This document shows positions 43,150-57,510 of a DNA stretch of 64,000 bases, piece by piece. Location of the stretch: NCBI RefSeq assembly GCF_009914755.1, contig NC_060926.1; one strand, given 5' to 3'. Positions within the stretch are counted from its first letter, which is position 1, and every line of letters starts with the position of its first letter. Below the pieces are notes generated by a model, which saw only the letters and a program-made list of their open reading frames with translations, was not told the DNA's origin and searched no databases. The stretch is from the human T2T-CHM13v2.0 reference genome, Homo sapiens. The position numbers and the translations under genes were made by a program.

Positions 43150-43556
43150 ACAGTAGATTGTATCATTTCCCCCCATTATCTTTCCTCCCTTTCTGATAAA
43201 AGGATTATATGTTTCTTGCCATAGCTGCATGACTTGCAGTTCCCTGATATCATCATTAGTTTTCTGACATGCTTTTGCCATTGAAATGTGAGTGGAATTG
43301 AGAGAGTTCTTAATAGAAGCTATTAAAAAGCTATCATGTGAATTTCTTCTTTCTTGCTTTTTCCTTCTGTACAAAAAAGACACATTCCAAAATATGGGCT
43401 GTTCCTTCAACCAGTTCCAGAAGGAAAAGATACATAGAGCACAGCCACAGTTGACTTTAGTTATCAAAGCAAGGAATATGCCATTGATTCTGTAAGCCTC
43501 TGGGATTTTGAGGTCATCTGTAATTTTAGCTTTACCTAATGAAAGCTGACTAATAA
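43150..43556 (+). mobile_element. MLT1I/J-type LTR
   Basis: TGCTTTTGCCATTGAAATGTGAGTGGAA…GTAAGCCTCTGGGATTTTGAGG…AAAGCTGACTAATA. Confidence 0.7.
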
Positions 43557-45689
43557 AATATGGATCAATGTTCTTGATAAATTCTAAGGAAATAAATATT
43601 TTTACATCACTTTCCACAGTTCAGATTTTGGTTGCTTTACTTACCTACACAAACCAAGATCTCCTTTTAATTTTCTCCAAATCTGCCTTTAAACTTTCTA
43701 ATATTTTCTTTCTTTGTCAGCTTAGATTTGATAATAGTTAAGGTGTGTTTCTTCTATTATATTTTGGCTTTCTCCCAATGTAACGCTACTCTTCCTACTT
43801 TATGCATGGTTCAAATTTTATCTTCCATGTAGCTCTAGTACTTCTCTCCTACTGACATGTAAGACGTCCCATTTAAATTAAGCATAGCATAACATTAAAT
43901 GCAGTATAAATGTGCATAAATAGAAGCATTTACATACATCAAGTGTGAAATAAAGCAGGCAGTCCCTGAAACTAACAGGTTATGTTAACAAAAATAATGA
44001 GACTTCTAGATTTAAAATATGACACAAAAATACTGGTTCTACACTCATTTAAATTATTACGAGGCTGAGAAAAGAGCTTTTACACACATTTTATGCAGAT
44101 ATTAATCTGGTTATCTCAAACTTTAGAATGCACATTTCTGCTATTTTAGTCAATATCAATCTAGTGGTCTGTGTTTTTTTCTTAAATAGGTAACAAAATA
44201 GTTCTTGGTAGGCTTATCTTTTTTTACTTTATTTACATAAATAAATGATGAGTGATAGCATTTAATATATCTGTTGTAGCTAAAATGACTATCGAGTTAT
44301 GAACAATTTTTCTTTTTGAATAAATTATAAAAATTATTGTCTCATTATCACAAAAAATCTGAATTGTGAGTTTACGCTCAAATAAAGGACATATTTGACT
44401 TAGAAAAATAAAAAGAAAATTTTAAATAAAAACTCTCCATTCTGTTCTTTAATTTGTACAACTTGCCTATTTTGCATCTTGTGTGAGTTTTCCCTCCATA
44501 TGCTTCTCCCACATGTGAGTAAGTTGTATTTAAATGATGGAAGCTGTTGACAGTTCCTAGAGGCCCAGACAATTCTAAGCTGTTGTTTTTGAGCTGTAGT
44601 CATATTTTCTTTAACATTTTCTAAATTTTCCCTAGAAACCCCAATATGACTTTAAAGAAAAATAAGAACAAGAAAACACTTTCCTTTTTTTTCATAGATT
44701 ATGATATATGAGCCATATGAATAATAGTTATACTGTTACATCGTATTATTAAAATGGGAAAACAAGAAGTAGCATTTTGGTTTGTTATCTATAAAACTAA
44801 AACAAATTAATACTGCATATGTATCAGTGTCATAGTGCAGTAACGTGTTCAGATTTTAGGGAGGAAATCCATTATCTTTGTTTCTTTTTGATTAAAAAAT
44901 CTATCACCACTGATAATTTTTAATTTTAAATTGATTTTAATGCCAAAAACTAAAGGAAGCCTGAAATTACACTTAAACATAACGGTTTACGGTTCTAAAA
45001 TCCACTTGAAAAGCCCAAGAACCAAGCTTATGATTAAACAAATGTAATTTCATATTAAAGACTTCAAAAGAAGAGATCATTACAGAATATTTAATTTTTC
45101 ATAATTAAGCTAGTTTGCTAGAGCTTGACAAAGCTTCTTTAGAAATCACATATAATTTATCTTTGCATATTAATGAAAAATAATTTAAGAGATTAATACA
45201 AAGCTACTATGTTGAGGGACAATTCTATTATCATCTAAGCCTGAGTTACAACTGAAGATACTAAGTTCATTTTAAAAAGGAGAAAGAGATTAATGAAGTC
45301 AGGAAGGAAGAAAAGAAGAAATGAAGGAAGGAAGGCAGACAGCCTGATATCATGCATAGCAAAATTCATTTAGAGCAGGTTACTATGCCAGACTTCATGA
45401 AAATATATCATATCAACTATGGTATTATAATTAAATATAGCTTTGTTATTCCCAGGATAATTTATTTGAATCATTTTATGCATATTCATACAAATGGTTT
45501 TTAATTTTTTCCTTATTTAATTCCTGAAAGATGAGAAATTTCTTTTTTATTGGTAAATTATAAACAATCGCTTGGGCTACTGGAGGGCAAATCCCAGTTA
45601 GAGGAGATTGAGAAAAGCCTGGGAGGTTACTAAGTGGAAACAGCAAATGTAGCCAATACTTTTGCAAGATTTGCTAATGAGGAGAACAG

Positions 45690-46075
45690 AGAATGCATCA
45701 TTACTTGGATAAAAATGTAGGGTCAAGAGAGAGATTTTATGGAAGAGTAGTGTTGAGGCATCATTGTATGCTAAGAGGAATCATAGAGCATAGAGGAACA
45801 AAGTTAGATGGGAAGGAAAGGGGATAATTACAGGAGCAAAGTAGGGATTGGGTTTAGACAGAGGGGTAGTGGTTGGTCTTAGAGGCAGGACCATGTCTTC
45901 TCCTGGAGGAAGAGGGATGGCAGAGTATGTGGGTACATATGTAGAGAGGTGGTGCCACTGAAAAGACAAGATGAAGTTGATCTCCTCTAGTTGTATTCAT
46001 TGTCTCTCTTGTATTTACATTTAAGGAGGTCATCAGTTGAGGTGATGTGACAAGGAAAAAGATGTGAAATACTGC
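45690..46075 (-). mobile_element. L2 internal fragment
   Basis: Purine-rich GGCAGAGTATGTGGGTACATATGTAGAGAGG motif typical of antisense L2. Confidence 0.55.
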
Positions 46076-48537
46076 AGGAAAATTAATGTGAATAAAGGAA
46101 GACCTAAGTCTTTCTAAGTCTTCCTTACATCAATTTGTTGCTTGCCAACTTTGTACTTAATTCTTCTAATTAGTAAGCCTCTAATGAATAAAGATGTATC
46201 TTTATTAACCTACACTTCTGTATGTCTTTAGCAAATGGCATTTGGTTTTGATAACTTAAAGGTATTTTGTGATAGAGCAAGTTTCATTTGAATAATCAAA
46301 TAAAGACTTAATTGCCAATTGAGTTAACTTTAACCTACTAAAAATTTGTTTTGGTAGAGGGAGTTCACAATCTGTTAATAACTTACTCCATGTTTGTGTC
46401 CTAAATATTTTCCCATTCTGTCACCACGGTAGTAGTTGAGATCTTTATCATACCTTGCCTAAATTTTAAAGTTACCTTCTAACTAGCTGATTTCTATACT
46501 TAACAAACCTGCCTTTCTTAAACATATCTCCCATGTCACTTACTGAAATGAAAATCTGATAGTGACACTTAAAACTGAAAATGGCATTAATTAATCTAAA
46601 TGCACTTGCATCTTCACAAAATTCTCCTAATGCGAAAAGAAGTAGAGTTGGGTTGCCCAGATTCTTTCTTGAGGCTCAGAACTTTTACTTGTAAAATGAG
46701 ATGCCTGCCCTGCTCAGCTCACAGGCTGTGGAGCACATTAAATAGGAGGATGTGTGACTTTGCTTTGCAACCTCTAAATTGCTCTGCCACTCTAAGGCGT
46801 TATCATTAAGAAAGTGTTAAAGGTGAAGGAAAGTCATTCTCTTATTCCAAGTAAGATGGTTCTTTGAAGGAAGTCCACGGCTGAGCATCTCAAATGTGAA
46901 TTTTTGACCTTATAATGATGCTGAAGTAGAAATCTTTGTATGAACAGAGGAATAAGAAACACAAAACAGCATAACAAAAACAGATAAAAATATTATGGAG
47001 CCTATAGAAAAAGTCTTTCCCTGAAACATCTAAATTTGGTTTCTTATATTGAGGAGTAAAAGGATCAAGGGAGGAGCAAAGGAGCAAGTAAGAAATAAAT
47101 AAGAAGTCCCTGGTAGATATCTTCAGAAATTGCCCGGAGCTCCAGCCTCTTTGTTTTAGTGCACTGGACTTTGGATAAAAGAAAGCACTAAAGTGCTATT
47201 TTCTCTCTTTTCTTATTGATGAAGACAAAAACAAAATAAGGGCTTTATCCTTTTCTTTTAGTACTTGCCTACTATGGGCATTAGTTTTCACTGTAAGCCT
47301 GAAACACTATCCATCTAAGTCTAACTTCTAAGTCGAGGTAAAGAAGAAATTTAAAAAATCAGGCTTGTTTAAATATATAACTTATTTGGTATAAATAGAC
47401 CAATGAAATAAAAGAGTAGCAAAAAATATAAAAAGCCAATTTTAAGAGGTCAACATATTTTATAAAATCGGTAGTTGTAGCAATAATTTTTTTGAATTGC
47501 CTGTAATATTTTCCAGCCTAGTGTTGTTACTTAAGGCCCAGTTCCTGTTTTTTTTTTTTCTTCTGGAATTACAATATCCAAAACATTAGAAAGAATGGCA
47601 AAAACGGAATTCAGTGCCTGTAATTAGCTTCAGTCTTTTGCTAGATCCAGCTACATACCTTCCTTGACCCCCTACTCGACTCACATTGAGAGACCCTATT
47701 TCATCTCTACAATTTCTCTTTTGCTATTGGCTCTAGGTGGTAGAGTCAGTGACTCCTGTGATTCCCTCTTCCAGCTTACAACTGCCCCTCAAGCTCTGGT
47801 TTCAAATCAATAATTTATAGTCTACCCGCTAGAACCCCTGAAGACCTCTGTAGTGATGCTCCATCTTGGAATTTGCTCCACTAGCAGCCAATTAAGGAGG
47901 TCCCAGCGCCTTAGGTTTCATTCCCATCCAAACAAAGTGTTTTCACATACTTCATTTTAAATCAGCACACAAAAAAAAAATAGATAACAAGAAGAAAAAT
48001 GTATCCTCAAACATTTAAGGACAGGAAGGTCAGATTTATTTGATTTCAGGTATGAAAGAAGACATGCCCATCTTACACAAAATGAAAAAAAAGAAAACAA
48101 ACCAAAAAAAACCCCACAAAATGGTCTAAGAAAGCTGAAGAGCTGGAATAGGTTAGAAATTGACTTTGAACTAATCAATATGTCTGCTTACGAAACCATT
48201 AGCTCAGTCTGAAACTACAAAGTGAAAATAAATATTTGTGGAAAAGACATCTAGTTTTAAAAAAATTGCATGAGTTTTAGAGAAAATTTTACTGCCATTA
48301 GATCACCAAGGTTATCCAGAGATAAATGCAAAGAGATAAATTTTTAAAAATTAACAATGCTCTATTTAGAACTTCTTAATGAGGCTAATTTTTTCAACTT
48401 TAGGTTTTTAAATTCAAACTGCTTTCATTCCTAGCTGCATCAAGTTTCATGGACCTTCTATTTTTAAACGCCTTATAACTTAATTATAATATAATTGGAA
48501 ATTAATCAATTTCCCTGTTTTTTCTAGATTTAGAAAA

Positions 48538-48538
<1 letters not shown>

Positions 48539-48587
<49 letters not shown>
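48539..48587. repeat. (TG)20(TA)4 microsatellite
   Basis: Read directly. Confidence 0.97.
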
Positions 48588-48588
<1 letters not shown>

Positions 48589-49389
48589 TCTTCACGTTTG
48601 GGGGGAAAATTGCTATTGGCCTAAACTATGAAGATTTAGGTTTAACCAGCACCATTATTATTTTTGTTTAATGCTTGTTTTTAGGACATTATACAAAATA
48701 TTGAAGGACACATAAGCTAAAATTTTCAGGTATAAACTATGATTTAGATTTGTGAATGAATAAAGCATATTGGTAACAATAATAAATCCAAGAAGCATTT
48801 TAAATGTCAAAGGATCCGTCTGACCATAACACTGTGAGTCACACTGATGGAATTAATGACAAAATTTTTGAAACTCATGTTTTGTAGGGCTTCACTGCTG
48901 TTCATATAATTTAAGATTATGCCTCAGTTTAGAAGCCAATGAGGTATTTCTAATAACTATGAAATACAGGTTAATAAACAATTTTGAATGACTTCTTAAA
49001 AATATAAGTCTGATTAAGATACAAGCCTGTTTAGTTCAAAGGCTTTAAGGATGAAAATTCACAGTCTTTACCATTGTATTCAAAGTCTTTCATGATTTTC
49101 CCCCACCCTACCATCTCACCTTCATCTCTAGCCTCTTGGCATGTTTCTTATGCTGCAATTATACTTGTCACATTGCCAGGGATTTACACATATTTTATAT
49201 CCATCTTAGCATGGGGCTTGAGAGGTAAGAACTAGTGGTCAGAGAGAGAAATTTCAGAATCTGAGATCTTTAAATCATAGAAGTTCTAGGTAATAACAAG
49301 GTGTAACCACATGTCCAGATGGTTAAACCGAAGTTGAGGAGTCTGAGGACTATGGGGCCAATGTTGAGAAGAAAGATCAAATAGACCCT

Positions 49390-49931
49390 TTGGTAGTTAT
49401 TAAAGTTGTGTACTAAATGTCCAGGCATAAGGCAAGTTTGCATTTCCTAGGTGCCTTGTGGTTGACTGGGTCACATTATTTATTCTGACTAATGAGTTGT
49501 CGAGTGGAAAGTGACACGGGGTCACTTCAGGGTATAGCATGTAATTGCAAGTTGCAGACCCTGAAGAGCACTCTTTCCCTACTGAGCGAATGCTTTGAAT
49601 AAGTAAGGGAGGAGGCCAAATTAGGAGGCTGTGCAGCAGAGAGATAGTAAAAAGTGTCAAATGTGTCATGTAATTTGAAAAGAGAACTGACAAGATTTAC
49701 TGATGTACTGGGGACAGGTGTAATGTCAATGTTTAAGATAGCTGCTCTCTGCCCAGGTCCTCTGGTGACTACAATATGCAGAGCCAGCTGCCCCACATAG
49801 CATCTTGCCTAACCAACTGCAGTGAACAAGTAGTGAGAGTGAAAAGTGATCCTTGGTTTTCTTAAGCCACTAAATTTTGGGGGATGTTCTACTACTGCCT
49901 AACTTTACATAACCTAGCATTACCTGAATAT
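49390..49931 (+). mobile_element. MLT1J-type LTR
   Basis: GGAAAGTGACACGGGGTCACTTC…TTAAGCCACTAAATTTTGGGGGATGTT…CATAACCTAGC. Confidence 0.75.
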
Positions 49932-50096
49932 TTTACAAGATGAGGCTAAGTGGCACGGATGCAATCTGCTTATTCTTACATGTAGGATGAGGTCTATATT
50001 ACAGACCTAATACCTTCTTAGAAACCTGAAACGTGTCAATTTCACCATTAGCTCTCAAGTACCCAGCTACCTGATTGGTTACCCTAAAAAAGAGTA

Positions 50097-50428
50097 CCGT
50101 CATCTCTCAGTGTCTGCGAGGGATTAGTTCCAGGAACTCCTGTGGACACCAGAATCCACAAATGCTCTATTCCTTAATATAAAATTGTGTAGTAATTGCA
50201 TATAACCTATGCCCATCCTCTCATCTACTTTAAATCATCTCTGTGCTACTTATACTACTACAATGTAAATGCTACGTAAATAATCCTTATACTGTATTTA
50301 GGGAATGATGGCAAGAAAAAATCTGTACATGTTCAGTACAGACGCAACCATCCACGTATTTTCAAATATTTTATTCCTTAGTTGGTTGAATTCATGGATA
50401 TGGAACCCACAATACAGAGGGCCGACTA
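50097..50428 (+). mobile_element. MER2, near full length
   Basis: GGGATTAGTTCCAGGAACTCC…GCATATAACCTATGCCCATCCTC…CTTTAAATCATCTCT…TACAGAGGGCCGACT. Confidence 0.92.
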
Positions 50429-53109
50429 AATATGAAAATAAGTTACGTGCTGAGTCACTGAGAAAAATGATAGTGATGTGGAGTTCAGCAGCTTATAACT
50501 AAAGTATGGGGAAAGGTGGCATAGGCAAATAGCATGAACTTCAAATAAGAAGCAGTTTATTGGGTAGTAATGCTGGATTGCATTGAAAATGGTTTGAAAA
50601 TACAGTATGAAGCAAGGAATATATAGTCTGCTAGCCTTATACGAGAGGTGAGAGTAGAAGTAGATAAGGTTTGAGAGGTGTTGCTCTCTAGCAGAGCAGA
50701 AGATAGGAAGAAACTGTTGGAACATTTAGAACAATTTAACCTTACTTTTTCTATAGAGCTAATATTGATAATAACTATCAAAAAAGGTGCAAGAATATAC
50801 CTAAGTTCTTGTATCCTTAAATAGGCCCAATTTCACTTTCACAGAACATACAGGAAATATTTTCTAATAATCACCTGTATTTTAAAAGCTACATTCACAT
50901 GCATACTTTAAAAAACTTAAAGCACTTTGATACAAAGATCAGATTGTGGCTGATTCAGGGTATCCCCAAAAGGGGAAAAAAAAGCAACACATTTTTTTTC
51001 TATCTCAAGACACATTCTGTTTCCTGACCAAATTCATACCCACACAACATCCTGTACTGTTGCTTTCATTTTTCCTCAATGCTGCTTAGATTTCTTCATG
51101 CATATTCGTATTTTTAGATTAGATAAAATGAATAGAAGTTTTTTTCCCTGAAAAATATGTGGTGTGATTCAAAGAAAATGTTAATGAAACGAAATACTTA
51201 AAACTTTGTGAAATATTGATATGTAGCAACTGATTTTGTCTCTATACTCAAATGCTTTCTCTTTGTGTATCTGAAGCACCATTCTTACGGGATTATATGG
51301 ATGTACAAGCACTGGTATTGACAGCATTTTTAAATGGGAGAGAAGGGAGAGGAAAAGAGATTTAGTCTATATAGTAGTCCACGGAGACTGCATCATATTC
51401 ATTTTTTTCAGGAAAACCACCTCTATATAGGAATACCTTCCACCAGCACAACACAAGTACTCCAAATGAAGAGGACTCCACCTGAGTTGCTAAATTCCAT
51501 GTCAGAAGCATGGGCTGTCTTTCATGACAAATCTCATTCCTCCTCTGCTCCCACACTGCCTGACAAGCAGTTCAAAGAGAAAGGTTGTTAACCACATTCC
51601 TTTGCCTAAAAAGGGTTTCCAAATAAAACATGTACCTTGCTTTACTCTTAAGAGGGTCAGATGGTTGAGGTAGTGATTTCTGTGTATATAGGTGGGTTTG
51701 TGCAAATAAATGAAAAAAATATTCAGGTGAGGTATTTTTAAATGGGGAAGATGTGTTTTAATCATAGTGTGTATTTTATATCAGCTGTACCTGGCAGAAT
51801 CCCAGGGCAAGGTGAGTATACTATAAACAATGAAATCTCCTTAGTGAAAACTGCTATATGTTGACAGGAATCTGTGGGTGGGATAGGATGTAACAGCCAA
51901 GGGTGTCACTTGTGAAACCTGCTTTTAAAAACATATACTACACATCAGTTTTAGTGCAGCTGGGAATGATTTCAACTTTTTTTTTTTAAGCAAGTTACTT
52001 GTATTTAACTCCTATTTAAAAACTCAAGACTATATATCATCAGCAGCCCAACATTAGATTATAAATAAAAACCAGCCTCAGAACTTCAGGAAAATTAAGA
52101 AGCCAGTTGCATTCTTGGTGCGTAGAAATGTACACTTCAAAACCTACTAGTTTGTTTAGTAAGTCTGTTAAATGATACAATATCCATATCTATGATTACT
52201 CCAGAGATCAAATTAGAAACATTCCTCATTTTTTGGTTTGTCTCTGAGGAAAATACAGAAAAACAAATGCTAATGAAAGTTAATTGACTTCTCAATGTAT
52301 AATACATTAACCATTCCTTCACCTTTTAAGAAACAAAAATAAAACAAAATAAGGTGTTATCTAATATATTCTTGGTAAATATTATACAATTTTAAGATCT
52401 TTGTCAGAATGAATTTAAGTCTGTGAATCTTTTCTGAATATTTCTACAGCTATCTAGATAGAAACACCATACATAAAAATGTTCTTTATTCCAGAATAGA
52501 TGAAACTCCCAGTGGTAAAAGAAGATTTAGGTATCTCTCAAGGTTTCTTATCACAAAGCAGCATAACTCTCTGATGGTTCAGTGCCTGGGAGGGTCAACT
52601 GAGATCACTCATCAAATAAATCAAATAGTCAGATGACTAAAAGAGTGGGTACCTATAGTTCCTTTATTTTCTGACCTCAAATCTTTCTTCTAAGAAGCCA
52701 GTAGAGAAATTAATATGTCACTTGGTGTGGTTTATCCAAACCTGAGTATCAACCTGCCTTAAGTTGCTGCTATTAGTTCTGAGAAGGTTTGACTCACTTT
52801 TGTAATAATTATATTTAGTTTTAACATTTTAAATTACAAATTACAAAACCTCATATGTTGAGGAAAAGGGGTGGTGAGAAGGTGGAGAATGTAGTGAGTT
52901 TGGTCTCTAAATTTCTAGGAGGAATCTTATTGCAAGCATCAAAAATCCATTTTGTTGGGTGATCATAAAATATTCTATAAATATTTATTGAATGATAATT
53001 AAACTATTTTATATATCTTTTTGGTTAATATTTGTCTAAAAGCAGTGTTTTAAATTACTATTATTAAAACAAAACAAGTCTTTTAAAAAATGGATATCAA
53101 ATGTTCTAG

Positions 53110-53301
53110 GTTTGTATTTTCCAACACGGAAGCTAGTAGCCACCTGTAGCTGTTTAAATTTACATTAATTAAAATTAAATAAAATTAAAAATCCAGCTTC
53201 TCAGTTGCACTAGCTACATTTCAACTGGTCAACAGCAACATGTAGCTGGTGGTTACTGTGAACATGTCCATTAACACAAAAAATGTTATTGGGTAGTGCT
53301 G
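53110..53301 (-). mobile_element. MER3 (hAT-Charlie)
   Basis: TAATTAAAATTAAATAAAATTAAAAATCCAGCTTCTCAGTTGCACTAGCTACATTTCAA. Confidence 0.85.
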
Positions 53302-53834
53302 CTCTAACAAGTATATAACTCGAATACATTATATAATAGCATCCATGAATCAATCTTCCCAATTCAGGGCTTTTTAGAGCCTTTCAGACTTCCAAATTTT
53401 ATAAAATAAGAGATAGCATGACTGCCATTTTCATCTTCTCATGAAGTGGAGAGAATATCTTACTATGATCATATATGTGTGGTGTGTCTATGTGTGTTAT
53501 TTTTGTATATATTTCTCTTGATAAATAAACAAACACAACAGAAAACTTTAATTAATAAAAACATACTCATTGTATCCCAAGAGCTCAAACAAAGCTGCCT
53601 TCTAATTTATTCTCTAAACATCTTAATGACGAGCATCAATATTACTGTGGCTTGAGGTTCCACAGATTAGAATACTCGAACTAGGCACAGAAGGATGAAT
53701 GTCGCTATAATGAATATCTTTGGTTCCTCTGTCCGAGGCTCTGGCTTCTATATTTGCAATTATATTTATAGTTTGGATTAGCATGCCTATCTCATCCACT
53801 GAGATTAATTATTATACCCAGAGTACAGTACTAT

Positions 53835-53867
53835 TATATATATATATATATATATATAAATATATAT

Positions 53868-53912
<45 letters not shown>

Positions 53913-53916
53913 CATA
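53835..53916. repeat. Interrupted (TA)n tract
   Basis: About 75 bp of TA with three TAAA interruptions, then TACA units. Confidence 0.97.
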
Positions 53917-54469
53917 CTATGTATATCCTTGCAAAAGTGCTTTCTTTTCATGGGGGCCTAATTCTTCCATGTATAAATTTTGCTCTGTGAGTTTAAACAA
54001 AGACAACATGGGACCCTTGAGCAGCATATTACTTGTAATAGGACAGACTTCATTTTCGGTGGCTAAAAATTTCCTACAAAGAATTACCTTCCCAACTGAC
54101 ATCAACAGGTCTCTCATTACTAGCAGTTTGAGGAATGAGATTAAAGCAAAACGAAGGCATATAGAGATTTAATTATGTGTTCACATCTAGAAGCAATGAT
54201 AAGCTGGGAATCTGCCATTGCCTTGATATTTTGGAGATAAATGGGTATCTGAATAAATAGAAGCCTTCAGCCTCTGCAGCTGTCACTAACATATTTTGCC
54301 CTAATTGCAAAATATTTATTTTAAATATTAGGAAGCACACTGAAGAAGCTAACTTCAGTGGAGAAAAAGAGATTTTCAATTTCTAACTTTTCCAGATTAA
54401 TTCAACTATTGCGGGAGATACTAAGGATGCATTTCATTTTTCATACTGTGGACTTTGTATTCTGTACTT

Positions 54470-54580
54470 GAGGAAGGAAGAGAAAAAGGAGGAACAAATA
54501 AAGGAAGAAAAGAAAGATGGAAGAAAGGAAAGAAGGAAGCAAAGAAGGAAAGAAGGAAGCAAAGAAGGAAAGAAGTAAAA
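54470..54580. repeat. GAA/GGAA-rich low-complexity tract
   Basis: AAGGAAAGAAGGAAGCAAAG units. Confidence 0.85.
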
Positions 54581-56699
54581 GTGTAAGGAACTACCTCTGT
54601 GGTCTCTCTGTGGGCATAATCTGTTTCATTTTGCTGTGTGTTAGCAGCCACACATTACTTGGCACAGAGTAGGTATTTAGGGAATATTTATTACATAAGA
54701 AAAAGAATAAAATTACTAAATTTTGTCAGAGATAAAAGTCTTTTTTTCCAACTTAGTATTTATAGGTATATATTTATAGTTATAAGCTTTCTTTACTCAA
54801 ATATCTATTGCTCTGTTATATTTGAGAAACTCACATGCATTATTGTCCTCTCCTTTCTATGTCTCCCCTATTCTCTTTCTTCCTTTCCTATTATTAACAG
54901 AGGTTTTAGACTGATCAATTAAATTCCTAATATTTGGAAGCATGCACCACAAATATCTTCTCTAAATCTTTATTTACTTAAAAATAGAATGCCATGAGAG
55001 AGTCGAAGTAAAACTAGATATAATTTTTAATTCAATGATATAAACCAATCTCTCTAGCGTCTTCATTTACTCCACCAACACTTACTAAACACGTAAGTGG
55101 CAGAATGGAGAGAAAACTGAGCTAAATAAAGTCCCTGTCACTATGGATATTATAGTATCATCATGCTTTAAGACCATGCACTGCACTCTTCCTTTTAAAA
55201 AAGCAGCAAGTTCATTTATCCCATTTCTCCAATTCACTCCCTTGCCCACCCTCTACTAGCACCACCTCATTGGTAAGTGGCAGGGAGAGTGAAATTGAAG
55301 GAAGCAATTTTGTATTACTGGATTTTGATATCGTGGAACTCAGGCTCTGGGGCAGGGTGTCCCACCACAGATGGTGAAGTGGCATGTGAGTGATCAGGGA
55401 GCAGCCAGTGAGCCAAAAAGTCTGCACAGGAAGTGCTTAGGTGTGTAATTAAAGTGGGAGTGAAGATCAAGCTCAGGGCTCAGTCTTCTGACTACATACC
55501 ACCTCCTGCAATTCTCCAAATGGGACAATCCGAGCTTCAGTTTGACCCTTTTCCTACTGTTAGCATTTCATTTTCTTTTTCAGAGAAATCGGTCATCAGA
55601 AAATGATATCTAAATGGTAATGTGTCACTGTGCTGATGAGTAGGGTTACAATGCTTGAGACAGATAGATATATGCAAGTAAGGCAGCTAGATGGCAGATC
55701 AAAGGCATTTCCTGACCAGAAGGTGGAAAATAGCGGTTGAGAGTTTTAGCAAATGCACTTAAGAATCTAGAGGAGCTTCTCAGGCATTTATTACAAGCTA
55801 ATTCAAACCCTTAAGGTTATGGAAGATTTTGTGAAAAGCACTTCTTAACTGACCAACTGTCAATTAGCAAAGAAGAAAATGCCTCAAGTACTCCATTATG
55901 ATGATGATCAAATACATGGCCTTTGATTACTATAATAATGGAAGTATAATGTATAAAAAAACTCTGGTTTTCGATATGAAAAGGATTCATAACTGGTGAT
56001 CATCCGTAAAATCTACTGTGGAAAACTACAAGTATAATTGCCCAATGATGCCAATTTATTTTTTTTCTTCCTCAAACTTTTAGGTGATCTATTATAATGA
56101 GAAACAATAATCATTAAGGTTTGATCATTCTAATCTAATTTTCTGGATGGCTTATTAACCTTCCAAGGGTGTCTTTCTTCTACTTCTTGATCGTTAAATC
56201 AAGCAATAATGAGGCCAGGAATGAGGAATGTCAATTATATAATAATGTCTGAGTGGATACAGAAGGTATCATGGATATTTAAATTTATGTTTTCAAGTTT
56301 GTCTACATTTATGTGTATATAAATGAACATATGTGTTCATATATACTTGTACACATACAATTTTATATGTATGTATATATTTGTATATGTTTATATATAT
56401 AAGCACAACGTTCTGATTTCTTATAAGAGACTTAACAAAACTTCTATGTCTTAAAACATTATTTAAATATTTTTTCTAAACTAAATCTGACTCCTTGCCA
56501 CCCCCGTGTGTGAATTCTAGAAAATAAACAGACTCTAGCAAGCACTAGAGTCTGCCATAAACAGTGCACATTCATTTAAACTGTACTATAGTCTTTTTTT
56601 AAAAAGCAAAAATTTTCAAATCTGACCAATTATAAACACTTAAGAAAAGGAAAGAATGCTTATTCCAAAGGACTGTTCATTAATAGAAAGCCAATGGCA

Positions 56700-56925
56700 T
56701 AATTAAAAATTGATGGGTTCTGGATGACTGAGATCTGAGTATAACACCAGGTTAAGTCTGTACTGGCCATATGTCTTTGGGTAATCAGTAAAACTCTGAG
56801 CCTTAGTTCCATCATCTGTAATATGAGGGTAACAGTACTGATTGCAGGGATATTGAGATTACATGCAACATATAGAAAGATCTTGACATATGTCAATAAA
56901 TGGTAGACTTTCAATAAATAGTAGA
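56700..56925 (+). mobile_element. MIR
   Basis: AACTCTGAGCCTTAGTTCCATCATCTGTAATATGAGGGTAACAGTAC…TCAATAAATAGTAG. Confidence 0.8.
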
Positions 56926-57510
56926 AATTATTCTTTATCTCTCTGGATTGGAAGCTATTTCTTCACTGAATTAACTCCTTGGATCTGGACAAAAATATTT
57001 ATATTCAAACCCAGTCTCTTGTGTTCCTTTTCCTCAGAATTAATTCTAGTAGTTGGATCTGGACAGCAATAGAGAGTAAGAATTTTTACTGTGAGTGTTA
57101 GAGATACATTGCAGAGATATTTTTAATTTAATCAGGAAAATTCATCACTTATCCTTGCTGATTCTCCATATTACAGCTTATTTGTGGGGAATTCAGGCAA
57201 AGGACCCTGATTAGCTCTTTCTTATTCTTTCAGCTAAATCTCAATACAAATGAAAAACTATATTCTATGTAGTGTCTGTTTATAAATTTTAAAATATCAC
57301 AAATTTGACAACAAATTCTACTCTCTAATCGACTATATCAGTTCTGGTCTGAAAAAGGAAAAAACTATAAATGTTTCTCAAACTTAAGAGCACACATGAC
57401 ACTCACTGCTCTGATACAGCCCTCTTCCAGATAGATTTAGCAGGATCCAACCAATTATTAAATCAATATTTCTTTGTATTCTATTCCTACTAATGGGATA
57501 TATATGCATA

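Noticed and set aside
43093-43617. Longest ORF (174 aa, minus strand)
   Set aside because: Starts at GTG, runs antisense through an MLT1 LTR, and has no recognisable domain
55584-55616. 33-nt micro-exon candidate (TTTTCAG|…ATG|GTAATG)
   Set aside because: Moderate donor and expected by chance in AT-rich DNA; no other support
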